61,192 nt of DNA, from NCBI GenBank assembly GCA_913020725.1, contig CAJWCD010000004.1, positions 1-61,192 of the forward strand. The letters run 5' to 3'. Source of the DNA: an uncultured Pseudomonadota bacterium (GTDB lineage Bacteria > SAR324 > NAC60-12). Below are positions 47,455 to 56,501 of this stretch, piece by piece. Position 1 is the first letter of the stretch, and each line of letters opens with the position of its first letter. The position numbers and the translations under genes were made by a program. The notes under the pieces are model-generated. The model made no database searches and was not told the DNA's origin. It worked only from the letters and a program-made list of their open reading frames with translations.

Positions 47455-48225
47455 ATGCCGTTTGTGATCGCCAACCACCAACGCATCCACTACGAGACTG
47501 CTGGAGAACGGGGGCCATACCTGTTTCTGCATGGACCTTTTCTAGTGAATCTGGATACCTGGTGGCAGACAGGCTACATCGAGCAATTACAGGAAACCTT
47601 CCGGCTCGTGGTCATCGAGCCCCTTGGGCAAGGCCGCAGCGATGCCCCTTTGGAATCCGAGCATTACTCCATCAGCGCCCGTGCGGCGCATGTGCTGGAG
47701 GTCCTCCGCGAGGTTCAAGTGGACTACATCCACTTTCTCGGATTTGGCCTTGGGGCGCAGGTGGGCTTTTCTCTGGCGGTCTCGCACCCCGAGAGCATCC
47801 GCACCCTTGCCGCCGCCGGAGCACATCCTTATCCGTTGATCGACGAACTTCAGGTGCTGGAGGAGTCGCGAAGCCAGCTCCGCGACGGGCACATTGCTGC
47901 GTACCTCCAACAGTGGCGCTCAGAAGAACACCTTTCCAGCGAGCAGCAGCAGCAAATCGCCAACGGGAATCCGGAAGTGTATTCAATCAGCTTAACCGAG
48001 TCCTGCCGTTGGGAAGGGGTCAGCGAACAGCTCAACTCGATCCGGGTCTCCACTCAGCTTTTCACGGCCACCTCCGAACCCCGCTTTCTGTCGGTTCGAG
48101 AAGCCGGGCGTCAGCTGCCCAATGGGCGTTACACGATCCTACCAAAAATCCAGTACACTCACGGGCTTTGGCACCCGGACTTGATCCTGTCGCCACTCCA
48201 AGAATTCTACCGCCGCCAGCGCTGA
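47455..48225 (+). CDS. alpha/beta hydrolase fold protein with Gly at the nucleophile position
   Basis: YLFLHGPF (HG oxyanion motif) and a nucleophile-elbow-like HFLGFGLGAQVG, where GxSxG reads G-F-G-L-G (GGC at 47746-47748). Confidence 0.8.
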   Translation: MPFVIANHQRIHYETAGERGPYLFLHGPFLVNLDTWWQTGYIEQLQETFRLVVIEPLGQGRSDAPLESEHYSISARAAHVLEVLREVQVDYIHFLGFGLGAQVGFSLAVSHPESIRTLAAAGAHPYPLIDELQVLEESRSQLRDGHIAAYLQQWRSEEHLSSEQQQQIANGNPEVYSISLTESCRWEGVSEQLNSIRVSTQLFTATSEPRFLSVREAGRQLPNGRYTILPKIQYTHGLWHPDLILSPLQEFYRRQR

Positions 48226-49151
48226 TGCGTATCCATCGGATAACCCGCACGTTTCCGTTGCTCGTCAGTGCCCTGCTCTGCCTTGCGCCGAGCTGCGTCA
48301 GCGCAGTCCCCATCGCTGTGCTGTCCCAAGTGTCCGGGGAAGTGCGGGTGTGGCAGGATCAGCAGCAGACGACCCAAAAAGTCACAGAGGGGGCGTTGCT
48401 TTCCTCCAACCATCACCTCCGTACTCTGGATGACGGCAAGGTGACACTCTTGCTCAGGGACGGCTCGGAAATCCGGGTGCTGGAAAAAACGCAACTGCAC
48501 CTCGTCCGCAAGGCAGAGCGAACGCTCACTCCGAGCGGAAGCCTTCAGATCACGCTCTACCACGGCACGCTCAGTGCTTGGTTTCGGCAGCGTTCGGCCC
48601 ACCACCAGTTGACGACTCCCGCACTCAGCATTGAATCCGGGAAAGCTGAGTTTCAGGTTCAGGCCACTAAGTCGCGCACAAGCGTCGTGGTGGCCGCAAA
48701 TTCCGTGCGAGTCCGCAACCGTGCTTCAACTCTGCTGCTGAAAACAGGCTCCCGGATTTACCGAGCGAAAGTCAACGACAAGCTCTTCCGGACCGTGAAC
48801 CCGGTGCCCCACGCCCTGCACCTGAAGCTGGTGGTGCCACTGAAAATCCAGAAATTGACCACCGACACTCCGCTTGAGTTTTGGGTGAATCTGGTACGCC
48901 GAGGCCGCAACGATCCGGTGGACCGACCGGGATTGATCCGCCTCAGCACCAACTACTACGGACTCGACCTCCCGGAACTGGTGACGCTGAAACGCGATGG
49001 GAAAGCCGTGGTACGAGGCACCCTCAAACCGCCTCATCCGGAGGATCGGCTGTTCAACGGCAAAGTGGTGATTCGTGCGGCCACAGACAACCTCGGACTG
49101 TTTGGAGTGGAGCGCGGCACCTTGGGCTTCACCATCCCGGCATCTGATTAA
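48225..49151 (+). CDS. FecR-domain secreted protein
   Basis: Frame 47562.. trimmed to the ATG at 48225 (TGATG overlap). Signal peptide LLVSALLCLAPSCVSA. GEVRVWQ...LSSNHHLRTLDDGKVTLLLRDGSEIRVLEKTQLHL is FecR-like. Confidence 0.65.
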   Translation: MRIHRITRTFPLLVSALLCLAPSCVSAVPIAVLSQVSGEVRVWQDQQQTTQKVTEGALLSSNHHLRTLDDGKVTLLLRDGSEIRVLEKTQLHLVRKAERTLTPSGSLQITLYHGTLSAWFRQRSAHHQLTTPALSIESGKAEFQVQATKSRTSVVVAANSVRVRNRASTLLLKTGSRIYRAKVNDKLFRTVNPVPHALHLKLVVPLKIQKLTTDTPLEFWVNLVRRGRNDPVDRPGLIRLSTNYYGLDLPELVTLKRDGKAVVRGTLKPPHPEDRLFNGKVVIRAATDNLGLFGVERGTLGFTIPASD

Positions 49152-49172
49152 CCCACATAAGGAGGTGCGGCC

Positions 49173-49898
49173 ATGCCCACGGAATTCAGCTGGATCGGGG
49201 CAGGCATCACGGCGGGAATCACGGCAACGCTTGTCCTCCAGTGGTGGTTGCGACGAATCCCTGCCGCATTTGCGCTCGATCCCGAAGTTCCAGAATCCTC
49301 TGCTCTCGACACAGGCGAGCTTTTAGACGCAAGGCTACCGAGAGCCGTTATTCTTGCTCTCATTGCAACCACGGCGATTCTGGGGATGCTTCGGCAGGAT
49401 TATGGGCGACTGCTAAGCGACAGCCTCCTACTGGCCGCCCTGACGGGCATCGCGTGGTGGGATTGGCGGCACCTCACCATTGACATTCGTTTGATCGCCC
49501 TCACCGCCTTGCTCCAGAGTGGTTGGTCTGTTTTGTTTGTGCCTGCCAGCACAATAGAGCTGTTGCTCGGCGGGGTGTTCGGAGCTGGAGGGCTCTACTG
49601 GCTGGGGATGCTTTATGCCGCCGTGCGCGGCATCGAGGGGCTGGGGGAGGGCGATCCCGCCGTGTTGGGGCTGATCGGTCTTTGGGTGGGGTGGCAGGGC
49701 TTGCTCACCACCGTCCTCATTGCCGCCCTGTCCGGACTTCTCATTGGCGGGTTTGTGCTGTTGCGCACTCGCCAACCTCTGCTGCAAACCCGGATTCCGT
49801 TTGCCCCGTTCCTCTGTTTGGGTGGAGTTAGCACCATCCTGCTCCAGCAAGCCTGTTTGTGCAAGTCACCGTGGCTGGCGTTTTTGCACAGCTTCTGA
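49173..49898 (+). CDS. A24 family prepilin peptidase (no N-terminal Cys-rich domain; TadV/CpaA-like)
   Basis: Polytopic membrane protein. WWDWRHLTID (first Asp region), GLGEGDPAVLGLIG (GxGD second Asp) and IPFAPFLCLGG. Confidence 0.85.
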   Translation: MPTEFSWIGAGITAGITATLVLQWWLRRIPAAFALDPEVPESSALDTGELLDARLPRAVILALIATTAILGMLRQDYGRLLSDSLLLAALTGIAWWDWRHLTIDIRLIALTALLQSGWSVLFVPASTIELLLGGVFGAGGLYWLGMLYAAVRGIEGLGEGDPAVLGLIGLWVGWQGLLTTVLIAALSGLLIGGFVLLRTRQPLLQTRIPFAPFLCLGGVSTILLQQACLCKSPWLAFLHSF

Positions 49899-51190
49899 AA
49901 TTCGCAATTCCCCCTACCGTGCCCTTCCGGTTCACTCGCCAAAACCCCCTGCACCTCGTGCTTGGAGAAAAAACCCTCGGTCTCGTCAGCGACCAAGGCG
50001 CCACCACCCATCAGGCACTGGACCTCCGCTTGACTCCGGATGAAGTGCTGGTCCAGTGCAAGGCATTGCGCTTCAAACAGGCGGCGGCGTGGCTGGAGTT
50101 TCCGTGGGTGCAAATCGGCTTCGAGACCATCGTCCAGCCGTCCCACGAAGAGGCGTACCACTACGCGCAAGCCCAACTTTCCCGGCTCACCAAACTCCCG
50201 GACTCAGCCCCCATCGGTTTGCAGTTTTTTGAATCCGGAGAGCATGACCGGATCGGCTTGTTCTATGCCCGCCCTAGTTCGGCAACTCTGCAACTGGTAC
50301 AAGCATTCCGCCAGCAGTTTCGAGTCCAGTTGCAGGTGGTCCCCCTGGTTGCCGGGTGGTTTCACCTGCTTCCGGACGAACCTTCCAAACTCTTGCTCTC
50401 CGGGCTGGAACAATCCTGCTTTGTTGAGCAGCAGAAAGGAGTCTTTCTACAGATTTGCGAACTCCCGCAGCTTCCACAAGCTGCAGCGACCACTTGGGCC
50501 GCCGATCACTTTGGCACACGCAATGACTCCATCACACACACACGGCTCTCCCTTAAAACCGAAGTATCCGGAACGCCATCCACCGCTTCGGATACGCTTG
50601 AAATGCAGACCTTGCTGCAGGCATGGCCCGGATTTGCCAAGCATCCCAGCCGGGGGTTCCTGTGGATGAACCGTGTCCGGAAGCCTTTTCCCTGGGTTGA
50701 AGCGGGGCTGTCGCTGCTGCTGCTTGTCGTGCTTGCTTGGGGTGTGGGGTTGTGGCGAGACAGCGAGCAACAGCTTCAAAGCTTGCACACCGAACTGGCC
50801 TCGCAAAACCAGTTTCTGCAAGCCCGCTTACAGGAGCAGGAGGCCTGGCAAGCGTTGCAGCAGCAACAAGCGCAGGTGCAGAAACTCCAAAACCTGTGGG
50901 ACGAAACTTATGTGCGCCCGGCTATGAGTTTCCATCAGGTGGAGTTGTGGCTACAACTCGTGCGGGGTGCTTGGGTAGCCCAGTTCAGCTACCAACCCGC
51001 AGGAATGGAACTCACTCTGCTGACACTCAATCCCAAGGCGTTGCGGACGATTCGGGATCGTTTTGCCCAGCGTCCCGAGGTGCAGTCAGCAACCCTGCTC
51101 GCACTTGAGCAGGTGGAATTGCGCGGAACGCCAGTGCGCCAAGGCACCCTCCGAGTGACACTGAATCCGAAAAACGCACTGAAACCATGA
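49859..51190 (+). CDS. bitopic membrane protein, PilM/PilN-like (GspL-like) architecture
   Basis: About 270 aa cytoplasmic, a TM (WVEAGLSLLLLVVLAWGVGLW), then a coiled coil and a PilN-like C-terminus (VELWLQLVRGAWVAQFSYQPAGMELTLLTLN...). GTG start overlaps the upstream gene by 40 nt. Start uncertain. Confidence 0.55.
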   Translation: MQVTVAGVFAQLLKFAIPPTVPFRFTRQNPLHLVLGEKTLGLVSDQGATTHQALDLRLTPDEVLVQCKALRFKQAAAWLEFPWVQIGFETIVQPSHEEAYHYAQAQLSRLTKLPDSAPIGLQFFESGEHDRIGLFYARPSSATLQLVQAFRQQFRVQLQVVPLVAGWFHLLPDEPSKLLLSGLEQSCFVEQQKGVFLQICELPQLPQAAATTWAADHFGTRNDSITHTRLSLKTEVSGTPSTASDTLEMQTLLQAWPGFAKHPSRGFLWMNRVRKPFPWVEAGLSLLLLVVLAWGVGLWRDSEQQLQSLHTELASQNQFLQARLQEQEAWQALQQQQAQVQKLQNLWDETYVRPAMSFHQVELWLQLVRGAWVAQFSYQPAGMELTLLTLNPKALRTIRDRFAQRPEVQSATLLALEQVELRGTPVRQGTLRVTLNPKNALKP

Positions 51191-52014
51191 GTGGAAATCC
51201 CTCCCCAATTGGAGTCCTCGGACTCGGTTTCCTTGGACAAACCCTGCTGAGAGAACACACCTTTACTCCGGATTCATGGGGAACGTGGCGGAATCACCAA
51301 GTGGCTGGACTGACCTTTGCCCAGCACTGCTTTGATTGGGAAAATCCCGAATCATTCCAGCAGTTGCCCAACGATGCTACGGTGCTGCTTCTCACCATTC
51401 CTCCAGTGGAGAAAAATCCCGAAACCGAAGCTTTGCGCTTGCGAGCTTGGGGGGTGTGGATGCAGCAGAACCGTCCGCAGCAGCAACGGCTCATCTACAT
51501 TTCCACGACAGGCGTTTACCCCCGGCAGCCGGGGTTGTGGAACGAGGACATGCCACTCCGCCCAGATTCGCCATCTGGCCAACTTCGACTGCAAACGGAG
51601 CAGGTGCTGTGCGAGTTTTTCAAGGTGCAGGTCGTGCGGCCCGGAGGGATTTACGGGCCCGGTCGCAACTTGGTGGAACGCCTCAAGGCAGGAAAGGGGA
51701 TTCCGAAAACACCGAAGTTGACGCACCGCATCCATGTCTGTGATTTGGCGGGAATCGTGGCTTGGCTGGTGCAGCATCCGGAGGGGCCGGGTTGTGTCAA
51801 CGCGGTGGATCAGGAAGCACGATCCTCATGGGAAGTGGCAGAGTGGCTGGTGCAGCACCACCCAGAGTTGAACCCGGAAATGCTGCCGGAACAATCGAAA
51901 AGCGTGTTGCCAGAAAATGCCCCGGAGCGCCGCATCGACAACCAGCGACTACTCCGGGAAATGGATTACAAGTTGCGCTTCCCAACTTTCCGGGAAGGCA
52001 TGCGGCCTCACTGA
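51187..52014 (+). CDS. NAD(P)-binding Rossmann-fold protein (atypical SDR / epimerase-like)
   Basis: IGVLGLGFLGQTL (GxGxxG), ISTTGVY and RPGGIYGPGR. ATGA overlap with the upstream gene. Confidence 0.7.
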   Translation: MSGNPSPIGVLGLGFLGQTLLREHTFTPDSWGTWRNHQVAGLTFAQHCFDWENPESFQQLPNDATVLLLTIPPVEKNPETEALRLRAWGVWMQQNRPQQQRLIYISTTGVYPRQPGLWNEDMPLRPDSPSGQLRLQTEQVLCEFFKVQVVRPGGIYGPGRNLVERLKAGKGIPKTPKLTHRIHVCDLAGIVAWLVQHPEGPGCVNAVDQEARSSWEVAEWLVQHHPELNPEMLPEQSKSVLPENAPERRIDNQRLLREMDYKLRFPTFREGMRPH

Positions 52015-52856
52015 TCCTTGACAACCATCGTGCGCTGTTCCCCAAGACCGTCAATCCCCAACCGCATTTCTTGCCCGGCGTTGAGATAAACAGGGTTGGG
52101 TTTATTGCCGTGCCCAACTCCAGGCGGGGTACCGGTGGAGATGATGTCGCCGGTTTCCAGCGTGAAGAGTTGGCTGAGGTAGGAGATCAGGTGCGCGATG
52201 CCATAGACCATCGTTTTGGTGGTGCCGTCTTGGTAGCGTTTGCCGTCCACTTCCAGCCAAATGCCGAGCTTTTGCGGGTTTGGAACTTCGTCCGCCGTGA
52301 CGAGCCACGGGCCAATCGGGCCGAAGGTGTCGCAACTCTTGCCCTTCGTCCATTGCCCTGCTCGTTCAAGCTGGAACTCGCGCTCGGAAACATCGTTCGC
52401 CACGCAGTAACCCGCCACATGCTCCAGCGCCTGTTTTTTGGTGACATACTTCGCAGGCTTGCCGATCACCACAGCCAATTCCACTTCCCAGTCCATCTTC
52501 TTGGCTTTTTTGGGAATGACTACATCGTCGTTTGGACCGATAATCGCGCTCGTTGCCTTCATGAAAACCACGGGTTCCGGCGGTACTTCCATACCGGTTT
52601 CAGCGGCGTGGTCAGAGTAGTTGAGGCCGATGCAGATCAGTTTGCCCACTCCGGTCACGCACGGCCCGATTCTTGGACGCCCCTTGACGAGCGGAAGTTT
52701 CTCCGGCTTGAGTTTGATGAGCTTGTCAAGGCTCCGAGGCAGCAGGGCATCGCCCCCTAGATCCGCGATGACCCCGGAGAGGTCACGGATTTTGCCCTGA
52801 TCGTCCAGCAGTCCGGGCTTCTCCTTGCCTGCTCGCCCAAATCGCAGTAATTTCAT
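52008..52856 (-). CDS. fumarylacetoacetate hydrolase (FAH) family protein
   Basis: MKLLRFG...PGLLDDQG N-terminus, ICIGLNYSDHAAE, WEVELAVVIGK and GDIISTGTPPGVG. Confidence 0.92.
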   Translation of the reverse strand: MKLLRFGRAGKEKPGLLDDQGKIRDLSGVIADLGGDALLPRSLDKLIKLKPEKLPLVKGRPRIGPCVTGVGKLICIGLNYSDHAAETGMEVPPEPVVFMKATSAIIGPNDDVVIPKKAKKMDWEVELAVVIGKPAKYVTKKQALEHVAGYCVANDVSEREFQLERAGQWTKGKSCDTFGPIGPWLVTADEVPNPQKLGIWLEVDGKRYQDGTTKTMVYGIAHLISYLSQLFTLETGDIISTGTPPGVGHGNKPNPVYLNAGQEMRLGIDGLGEQRTMVVKDQ

Positions 52857-52960
52857 GGTTCTCCTTTTAGGTGAAGGTTTGTTTAAACGAAAAATATAAC
52901 AAGGACACGGTCCATGTCAATCTCAATACCGGACCAAAACAAAGGCTGCCGCCCTCGGTT

Positions 52961-53992
52961 ATGAAGCGCATTCTGCTCATCCGCACGGATCGCATCGGCG
53001 ACACGGTCCTCACACTCCCCGCCGCAACTGCGCTCAAAGCTGCGTTTCCGGAAGTCCAAATCAGTTTTCTGGCCCGCAACTACACCGAGCCGCTGGTCCG
53101 ACTGTACCAAGATGTGGATGAGGTGCTGGTTTATGAACCGGAAGGTCGGCACCGTGGGTGGTCCGGACACCGCGTGTTGGCACAGGAACTCCGAGAGGGA
53201 GGCTTTGACGCAGCTCTGTTATTTTTGCCACGCCCGGAATTGGCACTAGCGTTGAGGTGGGCGGGAATTCCGGTACGCATTGGCAGCGGTTTCCGTTGGT
53301 ACTCCTTCCTGCTCACCCACACCATCAAGGAGCATCGCAAAACCTGCAAAAAGCACGAAGCGGATTACAACCACTCTCTGCTGCGACCCTTGCTGGGCGA
53401 AGCGTTGCCTCCCGTGAAGTTCGCCTTTCGACCGTTCCAAGTATCATCCGCCACGGAGCCAACCTACGCAATCCTCCATCCGGGTAGCGGCCAATCCGCC
53501 CCCAACCTTTCGGTGGAGCAGTACCGGGTGCTCATCGCAGGGCTGCTCGTCCAAACGCCATGGGACATTCGCCTCACTGGCACTGCTGAGGAAATCGAAC
53601 TCAGCCAGCAACTCGCAGCGGGCTTCCCGGAAAATCGAGTACAGAACCTTGCCGGACAGCATGACCTCGGCTCGCTGTTTGAGTGCATCGCTGGGGCACA
53701 ACTGCTCATCACCTCCAGCACGGGACCGCTGCACCTCGCCAACGCAATCAACACGCCCACGCTCAGTTTCTTCTGCCCGGCGCGTCCGCACACTCCCAAA
53801 CGCTGGGGTCCTTATCATCAACAGGAGTGGGTGGTCGCTCCGGACCTTGCGGGTTTCGACTGGTGCCAGCAGAGCCGCTGTCCGTATGGAGGCTGCTTGA
53901 GTGAGTTGAGCGCGGAAGCAATTCGGCAAGCGCTGGAGCGACGCCTCAACGGTTTGCTAAATCCGGAAGCAGCGATTCAGGAATCCGCCTGA
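52961..53992 (+). CDS. glycosyltransferase family 9 (LPS heptosyltransferase-like)
   Basis: Frame 52871.. trimmed to the ATG at 52961. MKRILLIRTDRIGDTVLTLPA, ILHPGSG and LITSSTGPLHLANAINTPT. Confidence 0.9.
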   Translation: MKRILLIRTDRIGDTVLTLPAATALKAAFPEVQISFLARNYTEPLVRLYQDVDEVLVYEPEGRHRGWSGHRVLAQELREGGFDAALLFLPRPELALALRWAGIPVRIGSGFRWYSFLLTHTIKEHRKTCKKHEADYNHSLLRPLLGEALPPVKFAFRPFQVSSATEPTYAILHPGSGQSAPNLSVEQYRVLIAGLLVQTPWDIRLTGTAEEIELSQQLAAGFPENRVQNLAGQHDLGSLFECIAGAQLLITSSTGPLHLANAINTPTLSFFCPARPHTPKRWGPYHQQEWVVAPDLAGFDWCQQSRCPYGGCLSELSAEAIRQALERRLNGLLNPEAAIQESA

Positions 53993-54462
53993 TAATCTCC
54001 GGATTTGCCGCCGCGCTTTTCCAGCAAACGGACGGACTCGATGACCATGCCCTTCGTGATGGATTTGCACATGTCGTACAGCGTGAGTGCCGCTGCGCTG
54101 GCCGCTGTGAGTGCTTCCATTTCCACTCCGGTGAGTCCGGTGGTGCGCACAGTGACCTGAATGCAGGCGTGTTCTCCTGCAAGTTGGATGTCCACATCCA
54201 CCCCCGAAAGTGCAAGCGGGTGGCACATCGGTATCCAATCCGAGGTGCGCTTGGCGGCTTGGATGCCAGCGATCACAGCTGTCTGGAACACCGGTCCCTT
54301 CTTGGTGCTGCCCGTTTCCCGAAGTTGCTTGGCGAGTTCCGGGCCTAGCGCCACTCGTGCTTCGGCGACGGCAATGCGCTTCGTGGCCGTTTTCTCGGAG
54401 ATGTCCACCATCCTCGGCTGGTCGCCGTCGCTCAAGTGGGTGAAGGTGGGAGTGTCGTTCAT
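53977..54462 (-). CDS. moaC: cyclic pyranopterin monophosphate synthase MoaC
   Basis: ATG at 54462 (ATGA overlap with bpt). MVDISEKT.T.R.A.A, KGPVFQTAVIAGIQAAKRTSDWIPMCHPL, TGVEMEALTA and YDMCK. Confidence 0.93.
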   Translation of the reverse strand: MNDTPTFTHLSDGDQPRMVDISEKTATKRIAVAEARVALGPELAKQLRETGSTKKGPVFQTAVIAGIQAAKRTSDWIPMCHPLALSGVDVDIQLAGEHACIQVTVRTTGLTGVEMEALTAASAAALTLYDMCKSITKGMVIESVRLLEKRGGKSGDYQADS

Positions 54463-55205
54463 GCTCCGATTGGTTTGGTGGTTTTCGGAAATTGGTTCAG
54501 CAAGCGCCATTGCCCACATACCAACACCTCGGCGGGGCGGTATTCGGCCTTGTAACCCATCTTCTGCGAATCCGGAACCCAGTAGCCAAGGTACAGCCAC
54601 GGCAGACCAAGTCGCCGACAGTATTCGATTTCACACAACAGAGAATAAACACCTAGCCGACGCGCAGCAAATTCCGGATCAAAGATGAAGTAGACGGAAC
54701 TGAGCATCTGTGGCAGGCAGTCCACCCAGCCGATGCCGATCAATTGGTCGTCGAGGTGGTAGTGCAGCATCTCGGTGGAAACCGGACTCGACACCAAGAA
54801 CTCATGAAAATCCTCTGCGTCCAAACCTGAATCTGACTTGTGCCAACCGATTTGGTAGCGGCGGTAGAGGTCGTAGGCGGCGTCTGAGAATTCCGTGCTG
54901 CGGGACACCACCCGGAGATCTTGGTTGCGACGCCAAGTGCGGCGTTGACTCTTGCTGGGGGTAAAGCGATTGACATCCACCCGGATCGGGATGCAGCTTT
55001 CACAGTTTTGGCAGATGGGATGATAAATGGAGTTGCCGCTTCTGCGGAATCCTTGATTGAGCAGGGAGGCGTAAGCTGCGTCCGAAAGCTCGCTGGTGTA
55101 AAAGGAGAGATTTTCCCAGACTCCGGATTCCCGATAGGGGCAGGAGCCATTGTTGGTCTGAAAAAGTTGGATGCGCTGTCCGCCCATGACTCCCTGCTGG
55201 TTCAT
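54459..55205 (-). CDS. bpt: arginyl/leucyl-tRNA--protein transferase (Bpt/ATE family)
   Basis: CPY...E, GFRRSGNSIYHPICQNCESCIPIRV, FTPSKSQRR and YLGYWV motifs of the ATE N and C domains. Confidence 0.9.
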   Translation of the reverse strand: MNQQGVMGGQRIQLFQTNNGSCPYRESGVWENLSFYTSELSDAAYASLLNQGFRRSGNSIYHPICQNCESCIPIRVDVNRFTPSKSQRRTWRRNQDLRVVSRSTEFSDAAYDLYRRYQIGWHKSDSGLDAEDFHEFLVSSPVSTEMLHYHLDDQLIGIGWVDCLPQMLSSVYFIFDPEFAARRLGVYSLLCEIEYCRRLGLPWLYLGYWVPDSQKMGYKAEYRPAEVLVCGQWRLLNQFPKTTKPIGA

Positions 55206-55256
55206 CCTCAGATCGTCTCTATATCATCAGCAAGCAAGTCAGTCCCGCTCGCTGGC

Positions 55257-56267
55257 TCAGTCCGGAAGCCCTGTGGCAATGACGGTGACAGTGATCTGGT
55301 CGGAAACATCCTCGGAGAAAGACGCACCCCAGATCAGGTTGACGTCCTCATCGGCCAATTCCGCGATCTTCGTCATCGCATCGTTGATCTCTAGTGCGCT
55401 GGTATCGCGTGGCCCCACCACATGCACCAGAATCCCTCGTGCGCCCCGGATGTCCTGATTGCCCATCAGCGAACTGTGCATGGCATTGTGGACGGCGCGT
55501 TCCAGTCGGTCTTGTCCGGAAGCAGTGCCACGTCCAATCACGGCTCGGCCCATGTTCTCCATGATCGTCTGCACGTCGGCGAAATCGACGTTGATGTCGC
55601 CCACCCCATTCAGCAAATCCGTGATCCCTTGGATGGCGTTGATGAGGACCGAATCCACCATGTGGAACGCCTCCAGCAGACTGGTCGTCTGAGTTGAAGC
55701 ATCCTGAAGCTTATCATTGGGGATGACGAGCAGGGTGTCAGTGTGCTGTCGCAGTTCCTCCACCCCCTCAAGGGCGACCTGCATGCGGCGCTTGCCCTCA
55801 AACGAAAACGGCAGCGTGACCACCCCCACAGTGAGAATCTGCCGGGCCTTGGCGATCCGGGCCACCACCGGGGCAGCTCCGGTTCCGGTGCCCCCGCCCA
55901 TGCCTGCTGCAATGAACACCATGTGTGCTCCAGCCAATGCCTGTTCAATCTCGCTTGCGGTCTCTTCGGCAGCGTTTGTGCCCACTTCCGGACGTGCCCC
56001 GGCCCCCAACCCACGAGTCATGTCCTTTCCCAACTCGATCTTGTGGTCCGCCTTGTTGCGCTGGAGCGCCTTGAGGTCCGTGTTGCAGATCACCATCTCG
56101 ACTTGGCGGATGCCCACGTCCACCATCTTGGTGACCACGTTGCCCCCAGCACCTCCGGCCCCAAAAACCTTGATATTGGGAATGAACGCCTCTTGCACCG
56201 AGAGAAACGCCCGAGATTTCGGCTCGTCGGTGCTGAGGCCAGGACTTGTCATTGCAGGGTCAATCAT
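55257..56267 (-). CDS. ftsZ: FtsZ-family tubulin-like GTPase lacking the C-terminal linker and tail
   Basis: IKVFGAGGAGGN, GLGAGARPEVG, AAGMGGGTGTGAAPVVA and NVDFADV (T7 loop). Ends ...VTVIATGLPD-stop. 336 aa. Confidence 0.9.
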   Translation of the reverse strand: MIDPAMTSPGLSTDEPKSRAFLSVQEAFIPNIKVFGAGGAGGNVVTKMVDVGIRQVEMVICNTDLKALQRNKADHKIELGKDMTRGLGAGARPEVGTNAAEETASEIEQALAGAHMVFIAAGMGGGTGTGAAPVVARIAKARQILTVGVVTLPFSFEGKRRMQVALEGVEELRQHTDTLLVIPNDKLQDASTQTTSLLEAFHMVDSVLINAIQGITDLLNGVGDINVDFADVQTIMENMGRAVIGRGTASGQDRLERAVHNAMHSSLMGNQDIRGARGILVHVVGPRDTSALEINDAMTKIAELADEDVNLIWGASFSEDVSDQITVTVIATGLPD

Positions 56268-56451
56268 TGCGATTTCGTAAGAATCTGTGGACTGTCAGCC
56301 CGTGGAGTGCTGAGTCCTCCCGGTTTTGGCTCAACGGCATCTGGGAGAAAACGATGAACCAGATTGTGACCTGTCTTTCTGCCATGATGCGCGCAAAAGG
56401 TCAATCTGCATCCGAGCAGCCCCGCACTTTCGTGCCTCCGAAAAAATTGGA

Positions 56452-56479
56452 TTGACTTCCCGGCAACTGCCTTTAGACT
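56452..56479 (+). promoter_or_regulatory. candidate sigma70-type promoter for the tRNA pair
   Basis: TTGACT (56452-56457), a 16-nt spacer, then TAGACT (56474-56479). Lies about 22 nt upstream of tRNA-Glu. Confidence 0.4.
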
Positions 56480-56501
56480 AAAAGACTTTCGTTTTGTGCG
56501 A

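Noticed and set aside
47562-48224. 221-codon N-terminal extension of the FecR-domain ORF (track ORF 47562..49151)
   Set aside because: The extension is an R/P/A-rich frame overlapping the alpha/beta hydrolase gene. An ATG at 48225 followed by a signal peptide is the natural start. I applied the same logic to the extensions of maf (28074), the beta-helix gene (to 11895), the TPR gene (to 39546), tatC (32706), thrC (44857) and GT9 (52871).
51762-52760. 332-aa ORF on the + strand
   Set aside because: It is antisense to the FAH-family gene (52008..52856), which has clear family motifs. A shadow ORF.
56246-56455. 69-aa ORF (or 33-aa version from ATG 56354 with a GGGAG RBS) between the ftsZ-family gene and tRNA-Glu
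   Set aside because: It overlaps the ftsZ 5' end and its promoter region as well as the candidate tRNA promoter. It has no motif and is too short to support.
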